A stretch of 60,000 bases of DNA from Lama glama. Its lineage: Eukaryota. The stretch lies in NCBI GenBank assembly GCA_028534125.1, contig CM052816.1, positions 20,586,001 to 20,646,000 on the forward strand. The letters run 5' to 3'. Shown here one piece after another: positions 25,051 through 37,802 of this stretch (positions are counted from its first letter, which is position 1; each line of letters begins with the position of its first letter). The notes beneath the pieces are model-generated. The model did no database searches. It saw nothing but the letters and a program-made list of their open reading frames with translations, and was not told where the DNA came from. Both the position numbers and the translations under genes were made by a program.

Positions 25051-26002
25051 TCTGAATTTGATTTACTTAGACATGTATTTCTTCATTACTATCACATGAC
25101 TTTGAAAAAGAGGACTTTTAATTCATCTGGTTTCTCTTGTTATAATGGGAACAACAACCTATTGCACAATTCTCTGTCCAAGACAGAAGTAGAATTCTGT
25201 CTGAATTTTTAGATGCCCTGTTATTTTAGTTTTCCATATTACTAGAAAATTGTAAGAATGATACAAAGAACTCTCATATGTACTTAACCAAAGACCCCAT
25301 TCACATTTTGCCAACAAGTGTCCTTTTTAGTAAGAGAATTCAAACCAAATCACCTGTCTTCAGCCTGCTTCAATTTAGAGCAGTTCTTCAGTCCTTCCTT
25401 GCCCTTCATATTCTTAACATTTTTTAAAGATTATGGGCCAGTCATCTTAATGTCTCTCAATTTGGATTTGTCTGATGTTTCCTCATGACTACATCAAGGT
25501 TATGGATTTAGGGCAAGAATGTAACTGAAGTTATCATGAGCTCGTCCGCATCCCACCAGTCAAGAATTGATGTGAACTTGTTTTGTGATAAGACATATTG
25601 AAACTATGTAAGTATCCTGTTATTCCTCTTTCATCCACTAGTTGTAGCATTTATTGATTTTTTTTTCTTTTTGGCCTAAAATAATTAGTACTGTGATTGC
25701 CAAATGAAAATTTTCTAATTCCTTAATTTCTTCTACTTTTATTAATTGAAATTCTCCTGTATGGAAGAATTTTCTCCCCATTTATTTGCTCACTTTTAAA
25801 AAATCAATTGGATTTGTGCATTTCTCTTTATTCTTTTGGGATATTATTTGCTACTATCATTATTTATTTTCATGCTCAAAGTGTCTCAGAATTGGCCAGT
25901 GGGCTCTTCCTCAAACTGGCTTCTGCATCCTTTGATATGTCCCATGATTTCTTAAAGTGCTTTCTTACTTTCTGGCACAACAGGATATTCTGGGCTATTC
26001 TT

Positions 26003-26594
26003 TTTTTTTTTNNNNNNNNNNNNNNNNNNNNNNNNNNNNNNNNNNNNNNNNNNNNNNNNNNNNNNNNNNNNNNNNNNNNNNNNNNNNNNNNNNNNNNNNN
26101 NNNNNNNNNNNNNNNNNNNNNNNNNNNNNNNNNNNNNNNNNNNNNNNNNNNNNNNNNNNNNNNNNNNNNNNNNNNNNNNNNNNNNNNNNNNNNNNNNNNN
26201 NNNNNNNNNNNNNNNNNNNNNNNNNNNNNNNNNNNNNNNNNNNNNNNNNNNNNNNNNNNNNNNNNNNNNNNNNNNNNNNNNNNNNNNNNNNNNNNNNNNN
26301 NNNNNNNNNNNNNNNNNNNNNNNNNNNNNNNNNNNNNNNNNNNNNNNNNNNNNNNNNNNNNNNNNNNNNNNNNNNNNNNNNNNNNNNNNNNNNNNNNNNN
26401 NNNNNNNNNNNNNNNNNNNNNNNNNNNNNNNNNNNNNNNNNNNNNNNNNNNNNNNNNNNNNNNNNNNNNNNNNNNNNNNNNNNNNNNNNNNNNNNNNNNN
26501 NNNNNNNNNNNGTCTGTAGATGTGGATCTTGGTGTGTTTGTGGGAGAGGGTGACTTACAAGCGTCCTTCTACTCCGCCATCTTGCCTCTTCTCC
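26003..26594 (-). mobile_element. Young, probably full-length LINE-1; body lost in the assembly gap
   Basis: Poly(T) runs up to the gap. After the gap, 26512-26594 reads on the minus strand GGAGAAGAGGCAAGATGGCGGAGTAGAAGGACGC..., an L1 5' UTR start with the YY1 motif AAGATGGCG. Identical 16-bp TSD attctgggctattctt at 25987-26002 and 26595-26610. Confidence 0.85.
26012..26511. other. Assembly gap (500 N)
   Basis: Seen directly; the round length suggests a placeholder size. Confidence 0.99.
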
Positions 26595-27939
26595 ATTCTG
26601 GGCTATTCTTAGACTTGCCCTGCCCCTTCCTTGGAATAAGCCATTTCTTCAGAGATCTTTGGTTCACGTTAGTGGTGAATTGTATTTAGAAACCAAGACA
26701 TGATAGTAAAACATGCTCCTTGCTCCTGGGGTTTTGCTGCTCCCGGATCCTCTAAGAGAAGAGATGCAGAAAGTATGTGTGTATGTACATACAGGGTGCA
26801 TTCTATAGGGTTCCTTCTAGCTTCCCTCTTTTCATATTTGTAACTCTCCTCTTCAGTGAGAGACTTAGCTCCCATTATCCTCATAGTGTTTATTTACTGC
26901 TCAGTGCCCTGTATGTAATGTAATTTTCTGACCCCACCTTCCTCTGTGGGTCCCAATCCCACCTTGCCATCCCCCACTGCAGTTGCCTACCAGAACCAAC
27001 TTGACCATCATCCTTGGGTCCCCTTCCTTGTGATGTCCTTCCCCCACCTTGGCCACCATCATGCTCTGCTGCCTCCCTCTTAACTATGAATTTTTGAAGT
27101 TAAAATATCATCAGCATTTTTTCTCCTTAGAATCAAAAAGCAGAACTCACTCTGACATGCTTCAAGTTGAGATAATAAGTATGCTTTTTGTAACAAATCA
27201 AATATAATTTTGCTTTAGTTACTATGACCTGCTTAGAAGGATATTTTGATTTTTAATATTGTCTAAGTTTGCCACTGTAAGTAAGATTGAACCAATACCC
27301 ATTACAGAATGACTTCTGGCCAGGCTTTAGGTAGAAATGTGTCAATGAGAGTAAAGCCCTCACTTTCTGACGCTGCCATCTCAGGAGGGCAGGCTCGTTT
27401 GGGTCAATATGAACTAGAGATCAGATGACACTATGGCTCAGAGACCCTCACTGTGCCTAAAGGCATTGCTTTTTCAGAAGATATTTCAGACTCAACTCCA
27501 TCTTTTTTATTTTTTGTATCAGAAGTGGTCCCAAAGGGCTCAGCCACTGACCTTGCATTTGTCTCCAGCTACATCTGTATACCTAGGACAATACTGCTCC
27601 TGAGAGGCCCCACTCTGGGCTTTGAGGTAGAAGTTAGGGACATAGGTTATTGGAGACAGCTGTGTCCTTTTTTCCCTCACTACACCCCATTAATAGACTT
27701 CTCTTTCTTGTTTGACTTTCTGGTGATGGAAGAGCTTGAATTTGCTCTAAACATGCATCTGGACTCAGGAAAATTACCACAGGCTATCTGGCAATGACCC
27801 AGCCTTTTCTGAGTCTCTTGTGTGGCAAGAACAGTTCTCAGAACTTTCCAAAGAGCTAATAGTGCTGTGTTGAAAGCTGTATCTCTGTGTTTATCTTAGT
27901 TTCTTCATTATTATGTAATATTTTTGAAAGTCATAATCT

Positions 27940-30250
27940 GACTTCTGCCACTGGCAATGTGGCAGAGAAATATATTTTTAAATTCTTTCAAGTATTGATG
28001 TGCTGGTAAGAATATAAGGAATACTTAGAGGCTAAAGAAGCAAGTGAAACCAGGAACTGAGAGAGAGAATGTAGCCATGACACTGGCTTTATCTCGAGGG
28101 CTTTTGCCAAACTGGGTGAACATCAGCTTTAGTTTGTACACTCAGCATAATTCAGGGTACCAGGGACACGTCCCAGGTCCTTTCAAGGTGGACACATTTG
28201 GGAAAATTCCACCCCCTACCTGGGACTCCAAGGGGTTACACTCATAGTGGGAGAGTAAACAAGAAAGAAACCTACCCTGTTCCTGCAAGTACAAGAATAT
28301 GTGCTTGTCTCAAATCTTGGCATAAAATTAGAGTAGAGGGAAAAAGTCCCATAATGACATATGACCATATGCTGATCGCCACAGGAGATTGTGGGTCAGA
28401 TGCAAACTACCTAGGTAGTCGGAAAAATCTGACATGAAATTGAGTTTAACCCAGAACTGTGGAGTCCTTGGGTGTCTGGCACAATCAAGATGAGCCCATC
28501 TTCAAACTGTGCATCCAAAATTTTCAGATAAACTTCCAGGAAATCTGAGATCATTCTTTAAAAAAAAAAAATTCTTAAAACGCCATGAAGGAAAGTGCCA
28601 CATAACAAGCAGCACAAACAGCAAAATGACACAGAATATAAAATATGTATGTTTAATATTTTAAAGATTGAAATATGATTGAAAATCAAGAGATTCTACA
28701 AGTGACATATCATTGTGAAGAACTAAGTAGGACTTCTAGAAATAAAAATTCAAAGTTAAACACTCAGTGGGAGCATGTAAGAATAGATTAGAAGAAGCTG
28801 AAGAGGGAATTCAGGAGCTAGAAGATGAATTGGAAAAAATTACACAGCATGCAGCACAGAGAAACCAAATACGGGGGATGTGAAAGAGATATAAGAGATA
28901 CTGAGATAGAACAAGAACTTGTAACACATGTCTAATCAGAATGCCTGGGGGAAAAAAGGAGAGAAATAATGGAGCAGAGATATCTAAAGGAAGGTAGCTG
29001 TGAGTTTCATAAATTGATGAATGACTTAAATCCTCACTTCCTGGAAACCCAATGAATTATAGGCAGAACAAATGCAAAGAAATATGCATACTTACATCAT
29101 AGAGAAACTGCAGAAAACCAAAGAGAAGATCTTAATGCTATCCAAAAAGAAGAGATGGATGACCTGCAAAGGAAAGGAAAGGCTGTCAGCTGACATCTCA
29201 ATAACAGTGAGGGCAAAGAGCAAGGGGATAAAATGTTTATTGAGTTGAGAGGAAAAATCTGTGATTACAGAATTAATTATACAGCATAAATATTTCTTTA
29301 AAATGAGGATAAAAATGGATTTTTTGGTGGGAGGAGGTAATCAGATTGATTGATTGATTGACTGACTGAATGGAGGTACTGGGGACTGAACCCAGGATGT
29401 CCTGCTTGCTAAGCCCATGCTCTACCACTGAGCTATACCCTCCCCCTGCAAAACAGATGTTTTAGACACACACAACTATGAGAATTTGAGGCATAAGGAG
29501 GAATTATGAGGAATAAAGATAGAATATGTACTATTGTCATATATTTAGGTCAGGAAAGGAGCGATTGGAATTTATATGCTCTGAGGTTCTTCATATGGAA
29601 GATACAATGATTGGTTAATGTTAGACCCTGGGTTAATTGCACATTTTTTTAAGTTTATGGAATGAAGAGTAGAAGAATAAATAGGGTATATTTTTTTATA
29701 TGAGTAGAAGAAAAAAATGAAAGGTGAAGTATTTGATCCAGACTAAGGAAACAAAAGGAAGAGGACCACAGAAAGAGGCAAGCAACAACCTAATTAGACT
29801 ATATAAATGAATGATGACACATGTATACAGTGGGCACTGTAAGTGAAAAATGAATGAATGTCAGGTATATGCAAAGATGTAGATGAAACAAAACATAGTG
29901 TAAGAGCAAAGGAGGCACCTCTCAGATACATAAATACAATATGATACATGTCTGTAAAGTTCAGGAACATGGGGAAAAGGCAATATATTGCATAGAAATA
30001 CAAGGATGAGATCAAACTACAAAGAAAAGCAAAATAATAATAAATACAAAATTCCTGATCCTGTTTCCCTCTGAGTGGAAACAAGGAAATAGAATTGGAG
30101 GGGGGAACATGGAGAAATTCGAAACTAATGAAACTGGGTTTTGTCTTTAAGTGGGTAGGTGAGTACGTGGTTGTTCATCGTAGTGTGATGCTTATGCTGT
30201 CCACAAGGTGTATAAGTGTTCTTTTATATCTCCTCATTATTTAATAAGAA
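27940..30250 (+). mobile_element. Ancient L1M/HAL1-like element: 5' end, ORF1 remnant and L1ME-type 3' UTR
   Basis: Starts gacttctgccactggcaatgtggcag. ORF1 remnants: aatagattagaagaagctgaagagggaattcaggagctagaagat, catagagaaactgcagaaaaccaaaga, cagctgacatctcaataac. 3' UTR: aatacaatatgatac...aaagttca...aaagaaaagcaaaataataataaatacaaaattc. Confidence 0.7.
29320..29446 (-). mobile_element. Camelid tRNA-derived SINE (Vic-1 type)
   Basis: The minus strand reads GGGGGAGGGTATAGCTCAGTGGTAGAGCATGGGCTTAGCAAGCAGGACATCCTGGGTTCAGTCCCCAGTACCTCCATT...TCAATCAATCAATCTGATTACCTCCTCCCACCAAAAA, with A box (TAGCTCAGTGG), B box (GGTTCAGTCC) and the camelid SINE tail. Confidence 0.88.
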
Positions 30251-30259
30251 TAGCTTAAA

Positions 30260-31140
30260 CATTTGCAGTTATTTTAATGTGGCTTTTATGTGGTGTGAAA
30301 TAGGGTTCCGATGTTGTTTTATTCCAAGTGGATAGCCAGGTGCCTCAGCATTATTTATCAAGCCACTTTCCCCATTCAGGGGTCACTCTTGTCATACACT
30401 GAATTTTCAGATACACAGGGATTTATTTCTGGAGCCTGTCTTTTATTGCCACGTCTACAGTCATTCATCTGTCTATTCCTCAGTCAATGTCTTACTGATT
30501 TGATCCTAGCAGCTCTCTGGTTTGATGTTGCTATTTGGTAAGGCACATCCCCCTTCACTATTCCTTTTCTTGTTTTTCTTGGTTATCTGGGGCCACTTAT
30601 TCCTCCAAATGAACTTCTTAAGATGATTTTATCCAATTCCCAAAGGACTGAATTAAATTTGTAAATTTATGGTAATGTCTTCCCACCCAAGAATAAGAAT
30701 GTCTTTGCATTTGTTTAAATCTTATATTATGACCTTCAATGAGATTTTATAGTCTTTTTCGTATCAGTCCTATGACTTTCTTGTTAAATTTATTCATAAA
30801 TATTTTATAGTTTTTACCATTTTTATGAGTGGACTATTTTTTCCTTTCCATTTCTAATTATTTTGCTAATGAAGAGGAAAATGATTAATTTTGATATATT
30901 TATCATCTGTCCAACCACCTCATCATAATTCTCTTACAATTTTAATATTTTTTTGCCAAGAGTCTCTGGGTTTTCTAAGTATACAGATACACAATCAGCA
31001 AAAAGAGATAGTTGTGAGTTGCCTTTTCTGAATTTTTACCAATTATTTTATTTTCTTGTTTTCTATACTTCCTTTTTGAATGAAAATGATGACAAGTATC
31101 CCTGTCTCGATCCTGATGTTAATTAAAACAGTGTTTGGCT
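30260..31140 (-). mobile_element. Ancient L1M ORF2 fragment
   Basis: ttttatgtggtgtgaaatagggt...gtggatagccaggtgcctcagcattatttat...tgtcttcccacccaagaa...gggttttctaagtatac...ccctgtctcgatcctgat. Confidence 0.75.
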
Positions 31141-32759
31141 ATTTAAGAGGACACACTTAAGCCTTCCTCTGTGCCTTTTCCCTTAACATTACTATTTGGA
31201 ATAACTCCTGAACTTTAGGACTTTTTTCCTGTTTTTGCTCTGGACTTGGAGGTATGTCCTCTGCTTGATCTTGGAGGCCCCTAATTTGAGTCTCCATAGT
31301 AACCATCCTCCCCTTAAATTTCTCTGATTTCCTTCTTGGTTCAGCAGTCATGGCTCTCTTGGAAAGCCAGCTCCTTGCGCTGTACTCAGTTCTCCTGGAG
31401 TTTGGGTATTTTGCTGTCTCTGTTGAAGTTGTCATCCTTCTCCTCCAGCAGCTCTAACTCTGGTCGTTCTTCCTCCCCTGGAGGCTGGACTCCCTTCGTG
31501 TAGGTGGTTGTTGTCCACTGCCTGCTTCCTGGGGCTTAAGTCAGGTACCGAAGTACCTTGATGCAGTAGTAGTTTCACATCCAGAGTCTGGTAGGAAATG
31601 TGACCCTGAGGGCCTCTGTGTAGGAGTCCACAGGCCCCTGTGGACACACTTTGAGGCAGCCTCCTGCCTTCTGGTCACCTTGTGCTCTTCCAGTCTCAGG
31701 GGTAGAGCAGACCCAACCCACCCATTCATCCAGAAAGCTAGCCTCCCAGGGCCCTTGGGTCCACCTGCCAGAGGCCTCAGTAGCTACTGAGAAGAAATGC
31801 AGTTATCTATTTGATACTCTTATTAAGCTTTATTTTGATATTATTCAGCACATATTTTTATGGTTACTAATCCCCTTGAGAGAAGAGCACAAATCTTTGA
31901 GAGGAGAAACTGACAGCCTTCTGAAGAGAAAATACAAATTTTTCTGTGCTAGTATTAGTTATTTTCACTGAGCTGCATTTCTTTCTTTAAAAGAATAATC
32001 ACAAAGCACGTATTATGTGCTCTGGTTATAAGGCACGTCCATGACAAGTGATCTACCCAAGTAATGTGTTGACCTGGGGGCAGCACTTGTGCAGCAGGTA
32101 AAGGGCCCTAGAAGAATTCAGCATCCCCTCTGCGCTCGCAAGTCTAAAGTGTTGGGAAGCAGCACAGTGGCTCATGCTGAGTGTCTGCACAATAATCCTT
32201 GAAATAATTGGAGGCAGCCAGAGGAGTCACGGCCTTAAATCATTAGTTGGTGGAGAAGCAGAAGCGAACCCACGTAATGAGGCATCAGTGAGAGAGTGAA
32301 GACCCATGGAGAGCAGCAACATCCAGCCCGTCAGCTAGAAGATACAGGGAGCCCTGAGGAGCTAGATAAAGTGACGAGGGAGCTTGGTACCAGGAGGAAA
32401 AATGAGGGCTTTGGTGACAGAGAATAAGACGGATGCAAACTGGAGAGGCTTTAGGCAAAGAACAGGAACTTGGGGATAGGAATGTTTTTGGAGGAAATGC
32501 TCTAAAACAAAACTGTTTTGTAAAAGAAACTCTCCCAAGGGCAAAAATCCTATTGTGCTGCACATTTTTATGCCGCTTTTCTTCCCAAGAATGTCTCTGA
32601 AACAACTCTTCAAAGGCCAGTTGAGATAACTTGATAGGGCAAATAGAGGCAAAAAGAAAAAGAAGCGATTGTTGTAGCTTTCTTACAGCCAAAAGATGTG
32701 CAAGTTAGAACACGGCTTTTATAGACACCCTAAATTCACAGATGCAAGGTTACTCTTCA

Positions 32760-32890
32760 GTCTCGAGGAATTTCTAGACACCTCACTCTTGTTATCACAA
32801 AGGAAGCTGAAGCTCCTGTGTGAAAGAGACTTCCTTGGGTGGAACCCAGACAGAACTCAGGTCTCTCGTCTCCCACCCCAGTGCTGTCCA
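32760..32890 (-). mobile_element. MIR fragment (degenerate)
   Basis: cacaaaggaagctgaagctc...agaactcaggtctctcgtctcccaccccagtgctgt. Confidence 0.4.
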
Positions 32891-35800
32891 CAATCTCCAC
32901 TGTGGCTACTACTCAGTGTGTCACTGCGTCTGCTTCTTCAGACCCGTTAATTTCTGATTACTCAGATCTCTAGCCAGTGATCCTGGGTCTTTGCAGTGTC
33001 TTAAAAAGACTATCTTTCACCTGCATTTTCTGCAGCCCGCTCTGTGCTAGGCCCTGTGCTGAGCTCTGGACATAAGTGGAACCTGGCCCTTGCCCTGAAA
33101 CCAGAGGGACCACCCCATGTCTGCTTTGGAGCTTTGAGGGACTGTGATGTCCGGCCGCAGGGGCCCTGCTCCAGAGCCTGCTGCTCTGTCTGGGAGCCAT
33201 TGGAGCAGGGGGTCCTCACTTTTACGGTGGGAAGTACGGCGTGCTGGCAAGCAGCTAGAACAAGCTCCAGGCCAGCCGCCTGGGAGCCCGTTTTAAGTGA
33301 AGCATGCCTGTGGGAGGCCTCGGGGAAAGCTCTGAGTCAGGTAACTTTACTGTCATCACACAATATAGAGGGAGAGCTGGCCTAACAGTGCAAAGGGCTC
33401 CCAGAGGGAAGAGAAACACCAGGACTGACCGAGGGAAGCGGTGGTCCGCAGGACTGGGACCCATGCCAAGGCCACTGCCTTTGGAACTGAGCTCCAGGGC
33501 TCGCCTGAGGTCAGGGGCCCAGAGCTGTGCAGTGGAGCCCGCAGAATTTGTGCTGCAGGCCAGTTCTGGTCACTGTGCCCTGGGAATGTGTGACTTCAGA
33601 CTCCCCTGGAAGCTGGACAGACTTGACATGAGTCAAGGAAACTCCCGATGTAAGGGAACTGCCAGGGAAGCCTTTCCTCGAGGAATTACATATGAAGCGT
33701 GCTGTGTCGAGTCTGCCTTTTGAAACTAGGCAGTACTTTCAGTATAAATATGCTCATGTCCTTGAATGACCTCCCTAGGCTGTGTAAGGGGGGAGGGTGG
33801 CAAGCGGAGGACCACAAGTTCTCAGATGGAAAATGCTGCACTGGACAAACATGCCTGCAGGCAGTTAGCATCCCCAAGTCGACTGCTAAAGGGTTTCCTC
33901 TTGTGTTCCTTTCGGGGCACAGAGAGGGGAACACTCATTGGTTTACTTTGAGCCCAGGAACCAGTTACAGAGACTGAGTCAGAGTTTGGAAGCAGAATAA
34001 CTGAGTTGTCTGTGCCCTGTGCCTTGGTCAGAGGTGAGGAAAGGAGCGAGGCTTCCCACTTCTGGTGAACGAGGAAGGCCTGCTCTCTCTGTGGGGTTCC
34101 CCCTCTCATCCCTCTGCTACTGGGGTCCGGCGGGCTTGGCTGCGACCACTGCCACCCTCCACCGCCCCCAGCCACACTTGGAGTGGGCACTCCTGGGTCT
34201 GTAACGGTCACATCGAGCGAGAATCCTTGTTTGAATCACAGAGGGAGGCTTTAGCACTGACTGGTACAAATGGACTTGTTTCTCCTGCCACCATAACTTT
34301 CATGTAACAATTTCCATGTCTGACTGTGTTCAGTAAATTTAATTAGTGTTGAAAAGCAGCTTATTTGGTAAGAGATCAGTTTCTAACCTGGGTAAACGAC
34401 TTTCTTTATGACCATAAATTAAGTACATTTCGTCTGTTTCAGGCGTCATGGTCGTCCCTTAAATACTGTAGGCAGTTGCTGGCAGTCTCACTTGGTTACC
34501 TTCCCCATTACTGTTTTATCATCGTCCTGTTAGGAGTGGGGAGTTCATTCTGTTTTAATAACAAGGAGGAAGTGGCGACAAGGGGCTCGTTTAACGAAAC
34601 CATGCTTGGCCGGCATCTCAGCGGCCGAGGCTAGGACCCCAGGCCGCCCCTGTGAATGGTGTTCTCAGCTTGTCGTGGGGCCTGCTGGCCACAGACTGGG
34701 AAGGGCAGGTGCAGGGCTTTCAAGCTGCTTTTGTCTTAATTGCAGATAATTAGGAATCAAATATTTGCCAACAGCCGATTTCCAAGTCAGAGAGAGCCTG
34801 AGTGCTCTTGGCAACTTCAATGAACACAGGCTGGCACGAGTGTTTTCTTAACACTGACCCTTCAGAGCACAGCCTGGGGGAGGACCTCAGAGCCACACCT
34901 GCAGGCTGATCAAAGGTGGGCATGGGAGGCACCACAAGTAGCCTTGATCCTCAGAGTGTTCGCTGCCGCCTGCACGTGCGGGCGTCTCAGAGGAGAAAGG
35001 GTCGGGCTGGGGGATTCTCCCCACCCCTGTCCCTGGCGAGCTGGCTTTCCTTTGATGCCTGGGCTGGACCAGGTGGTCTCTGAATCACCTTCCTGCTCTG
35101 CCACTCCAGGTTCTAGTCCCCTTTACCCCAGAAGGCCCACCTCCACGGATTGCTGTCTCCCCCTCGTGCCCCTGTCCTTCCATCTCCCCACTTGCAGGAG
35201 GCGAGAGAGATGCTACTGTGAACAGGTCACTGCATGCGGGGCCCCCACCACCCTCCCATCTCAGGCTCTTGCCTGGCCTTTGAGTGCTAAAACAGGGTTA
35301 AGGAGAGCAGCTTGGAAAGCTGTTGTGTTTCTTAAATTCTGAGCGTACTCAGGCCATCCCCCGATGGGGCCTGACCCGTGGGGCCAGGGAGCAGGGCCGA
35401 CCCTCTGTGGGTAGGGGAAGTCAGAGAGGAGCACTCAGGCTTGAGGTGGCAGCAGACACCTCACGGAGGGCATGGACCGCGAGGGTGAGTTGGAGCTGCT
35501 GTGCCCAGAGACAGCTCGGTCTGGGTGGGCAGCACGGGCAGGACACAAGCACCAGAGCAGGAGCTGGGAGACCAGAGGCTCAGAAACTCAGGCTCTGTTT
35601 CTTCAAAATGGGACGGTTAGCAGGTGTCCTTCTCATCACACGGGGAAGCTTATTAAGCCGGTGATACAGTGGCAGCGCCTTGTGTCCTGGCCTCGTCTTG
35701 GGAAAAAAACAAAGGCTGATATTTTTAGAGCTAGCTGTGTAGTTTCTTCTAACAGCCGCCAGCACTTTCCAGGGTAACCCATTTTCCAACAACCCAGGAG

Positions 35801-37391
35801 AATCAAGCTAATCAAACACACTCTGTGGCAAAGCAGCCGTAAATACCAGGGGTGGAGGGCCTGCAGCCCAGAGCCCCCACTGCCGGGCGCCTTGGCTCCT
35901 GCTGCCCGTCAGCCCTGATGGGAGGACGCGCCCTGGGGCCGTGAATGCCACCCGGCCTTCGCGTGACACACCAACAGTTAGCAAAGCGGGTAAAGGAGAC
36001 TCAGACGCCCACTTAGGGTCTGCACTTTTACGCTGCTCAGAGATATTTTGACCTTCTAGTTTATTATGGTTCAAGAAAAAGTCAGTATTTCTTAGCTTGC
36101 CAAGGCTGGAGGAATTTAAATGAGTTATCGAATCAAGCAGTTAATCTACCGATAACTTATTTTTTTCCCTTTCAAATCTATAATGATGAAAAGCAGACTT
36201 AACCAAAAACAAGACAAGGAAGGGTTTCTTTTTTTTATTTCTTTAGGCATTTTAATCCCATGGGGTAGGAGTTGAGGCCATACGTTCTCTTGACTGCCAG
36301 GGCCATTCTGTCTTGCCAGTATTTTGAAGAAGAGTTAATTAAAACTTAAAAGCAAAGACTTCTGTGTCCATAAAATCTGCATTCGTGTTTCAATTATTTG
36401 TGTTCTGATGTCCCTTTATAATTCTCTCAACTTCCTATCTGTTGCCATTCATGCCATGTGGCCATTGTCCAATTTTCTGGACTCTTTGGTCGTGTGGGTT
36501 ATAGATGCTTATTTGACCCTCCACATAAGTGTACCATTTCAACAATAAGCCGCTTTACCAGCTGCCCTGCTGCTTTGGTGTGTGAGCTCTGGGCACCACT
36601 GCGTGAGAGCATTATGGGCATGTGTTGGGGCAGGAGACACACAGCAGCATGTCAGGGATGGACCACAGCAGCACAGCAGCTGCTGTCTCCGTGGCCTCAG
36701 GCTTCTCGCCCACGGCTGCAGCATTGTGCTCAGAAGGACTGAGCAGTGCACAGAGGCTGCTGGTGCCACCACTGACCTGGTGTGTCCTGGAGAACCATAT
36801 TCTCCCCAGAGGAAAAGGTCAACCTCTGGCCTCCTTGCCTTGGCTGCCCCCCGATCCCGAACACTTAGAGGACTTCTTCCTCCCTACTCCACACTTAATC
36901 CTCAGACTCCACAGTGGCTTCCCATTGCCTAACATAGTGGACAGAAATTCCTCTGCTGGGCTCTCTGAGTCCAGCAAGATAGAACCACACCTTGCTACAC
37001 CTTATTCCCTCTCCCCCAACCCCTGCAAAAAACTCCTCCTCCTGCCAGGTCTCCTGCCTCAGTCAGGCAAATGCTCCCTGCCATGTGGTTATGAGAGCCT
37101 TGGCTCAAGCCCTCTGTCCCTTGGAAAGCCCTCCTCCTCTCAGTCAGCAGGGTCCTTTGGTGCTTTGCCACTTCCCTGTGGCCCTCAGTTGGCCCCTCCC
37201 TCCCAGGATGGGCAGGGGTTGTGTCTGAGATGTTTGATGGGAGCCAGCTGTAAAACCCGAGCTCTACATGGCAGGGCACTGCTCGTACCACTCCCCCGAC
37301 CCCCATTAGAGGGGCAAGGACCCCATGGGGCACCCCGAGCCCCCAGGCCTCAGCTTCACAGGCATATGGAGCTTCTGTCAGCATGACTTGA

Positions 37392-37802
<411 letters not shown>

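Larger units (their letters stand above)
25230..26920 (-). mobile_element. L1MC4/5-like 3' region, host of the young L1 insertion
   Basis: gtctctcaatttggatttgtctgatgtttcctcatga and ctttctggcacaacaggatattctgggct, continuing after the insertion as ...ggaataagccatttcttcagaga...tttagaaaccaaga. Confidence 0.75.

Noticed and set aside
25808..26689. 293-aa and 198-aa ORFs
   Set aside because: Artefacts of translating through the 500-N gap; the flanks are L1 sequence.
29370..29446. tRNA-like sequence on the minus strand
   Set aside because: It is the head of a SINE, with a SINE tail and degenerate stems, not a tRNA gene.
36622..37386. 254-aa ORF just upstream of the FSTL4 exon
   Set aside because: Starts at a non-ATG codon, has no recognisable domain and a Pro/Leu/Ser-rich composition expected from GC-rich intron, with partly L2-like sequence; it does not resemble FSTL4.
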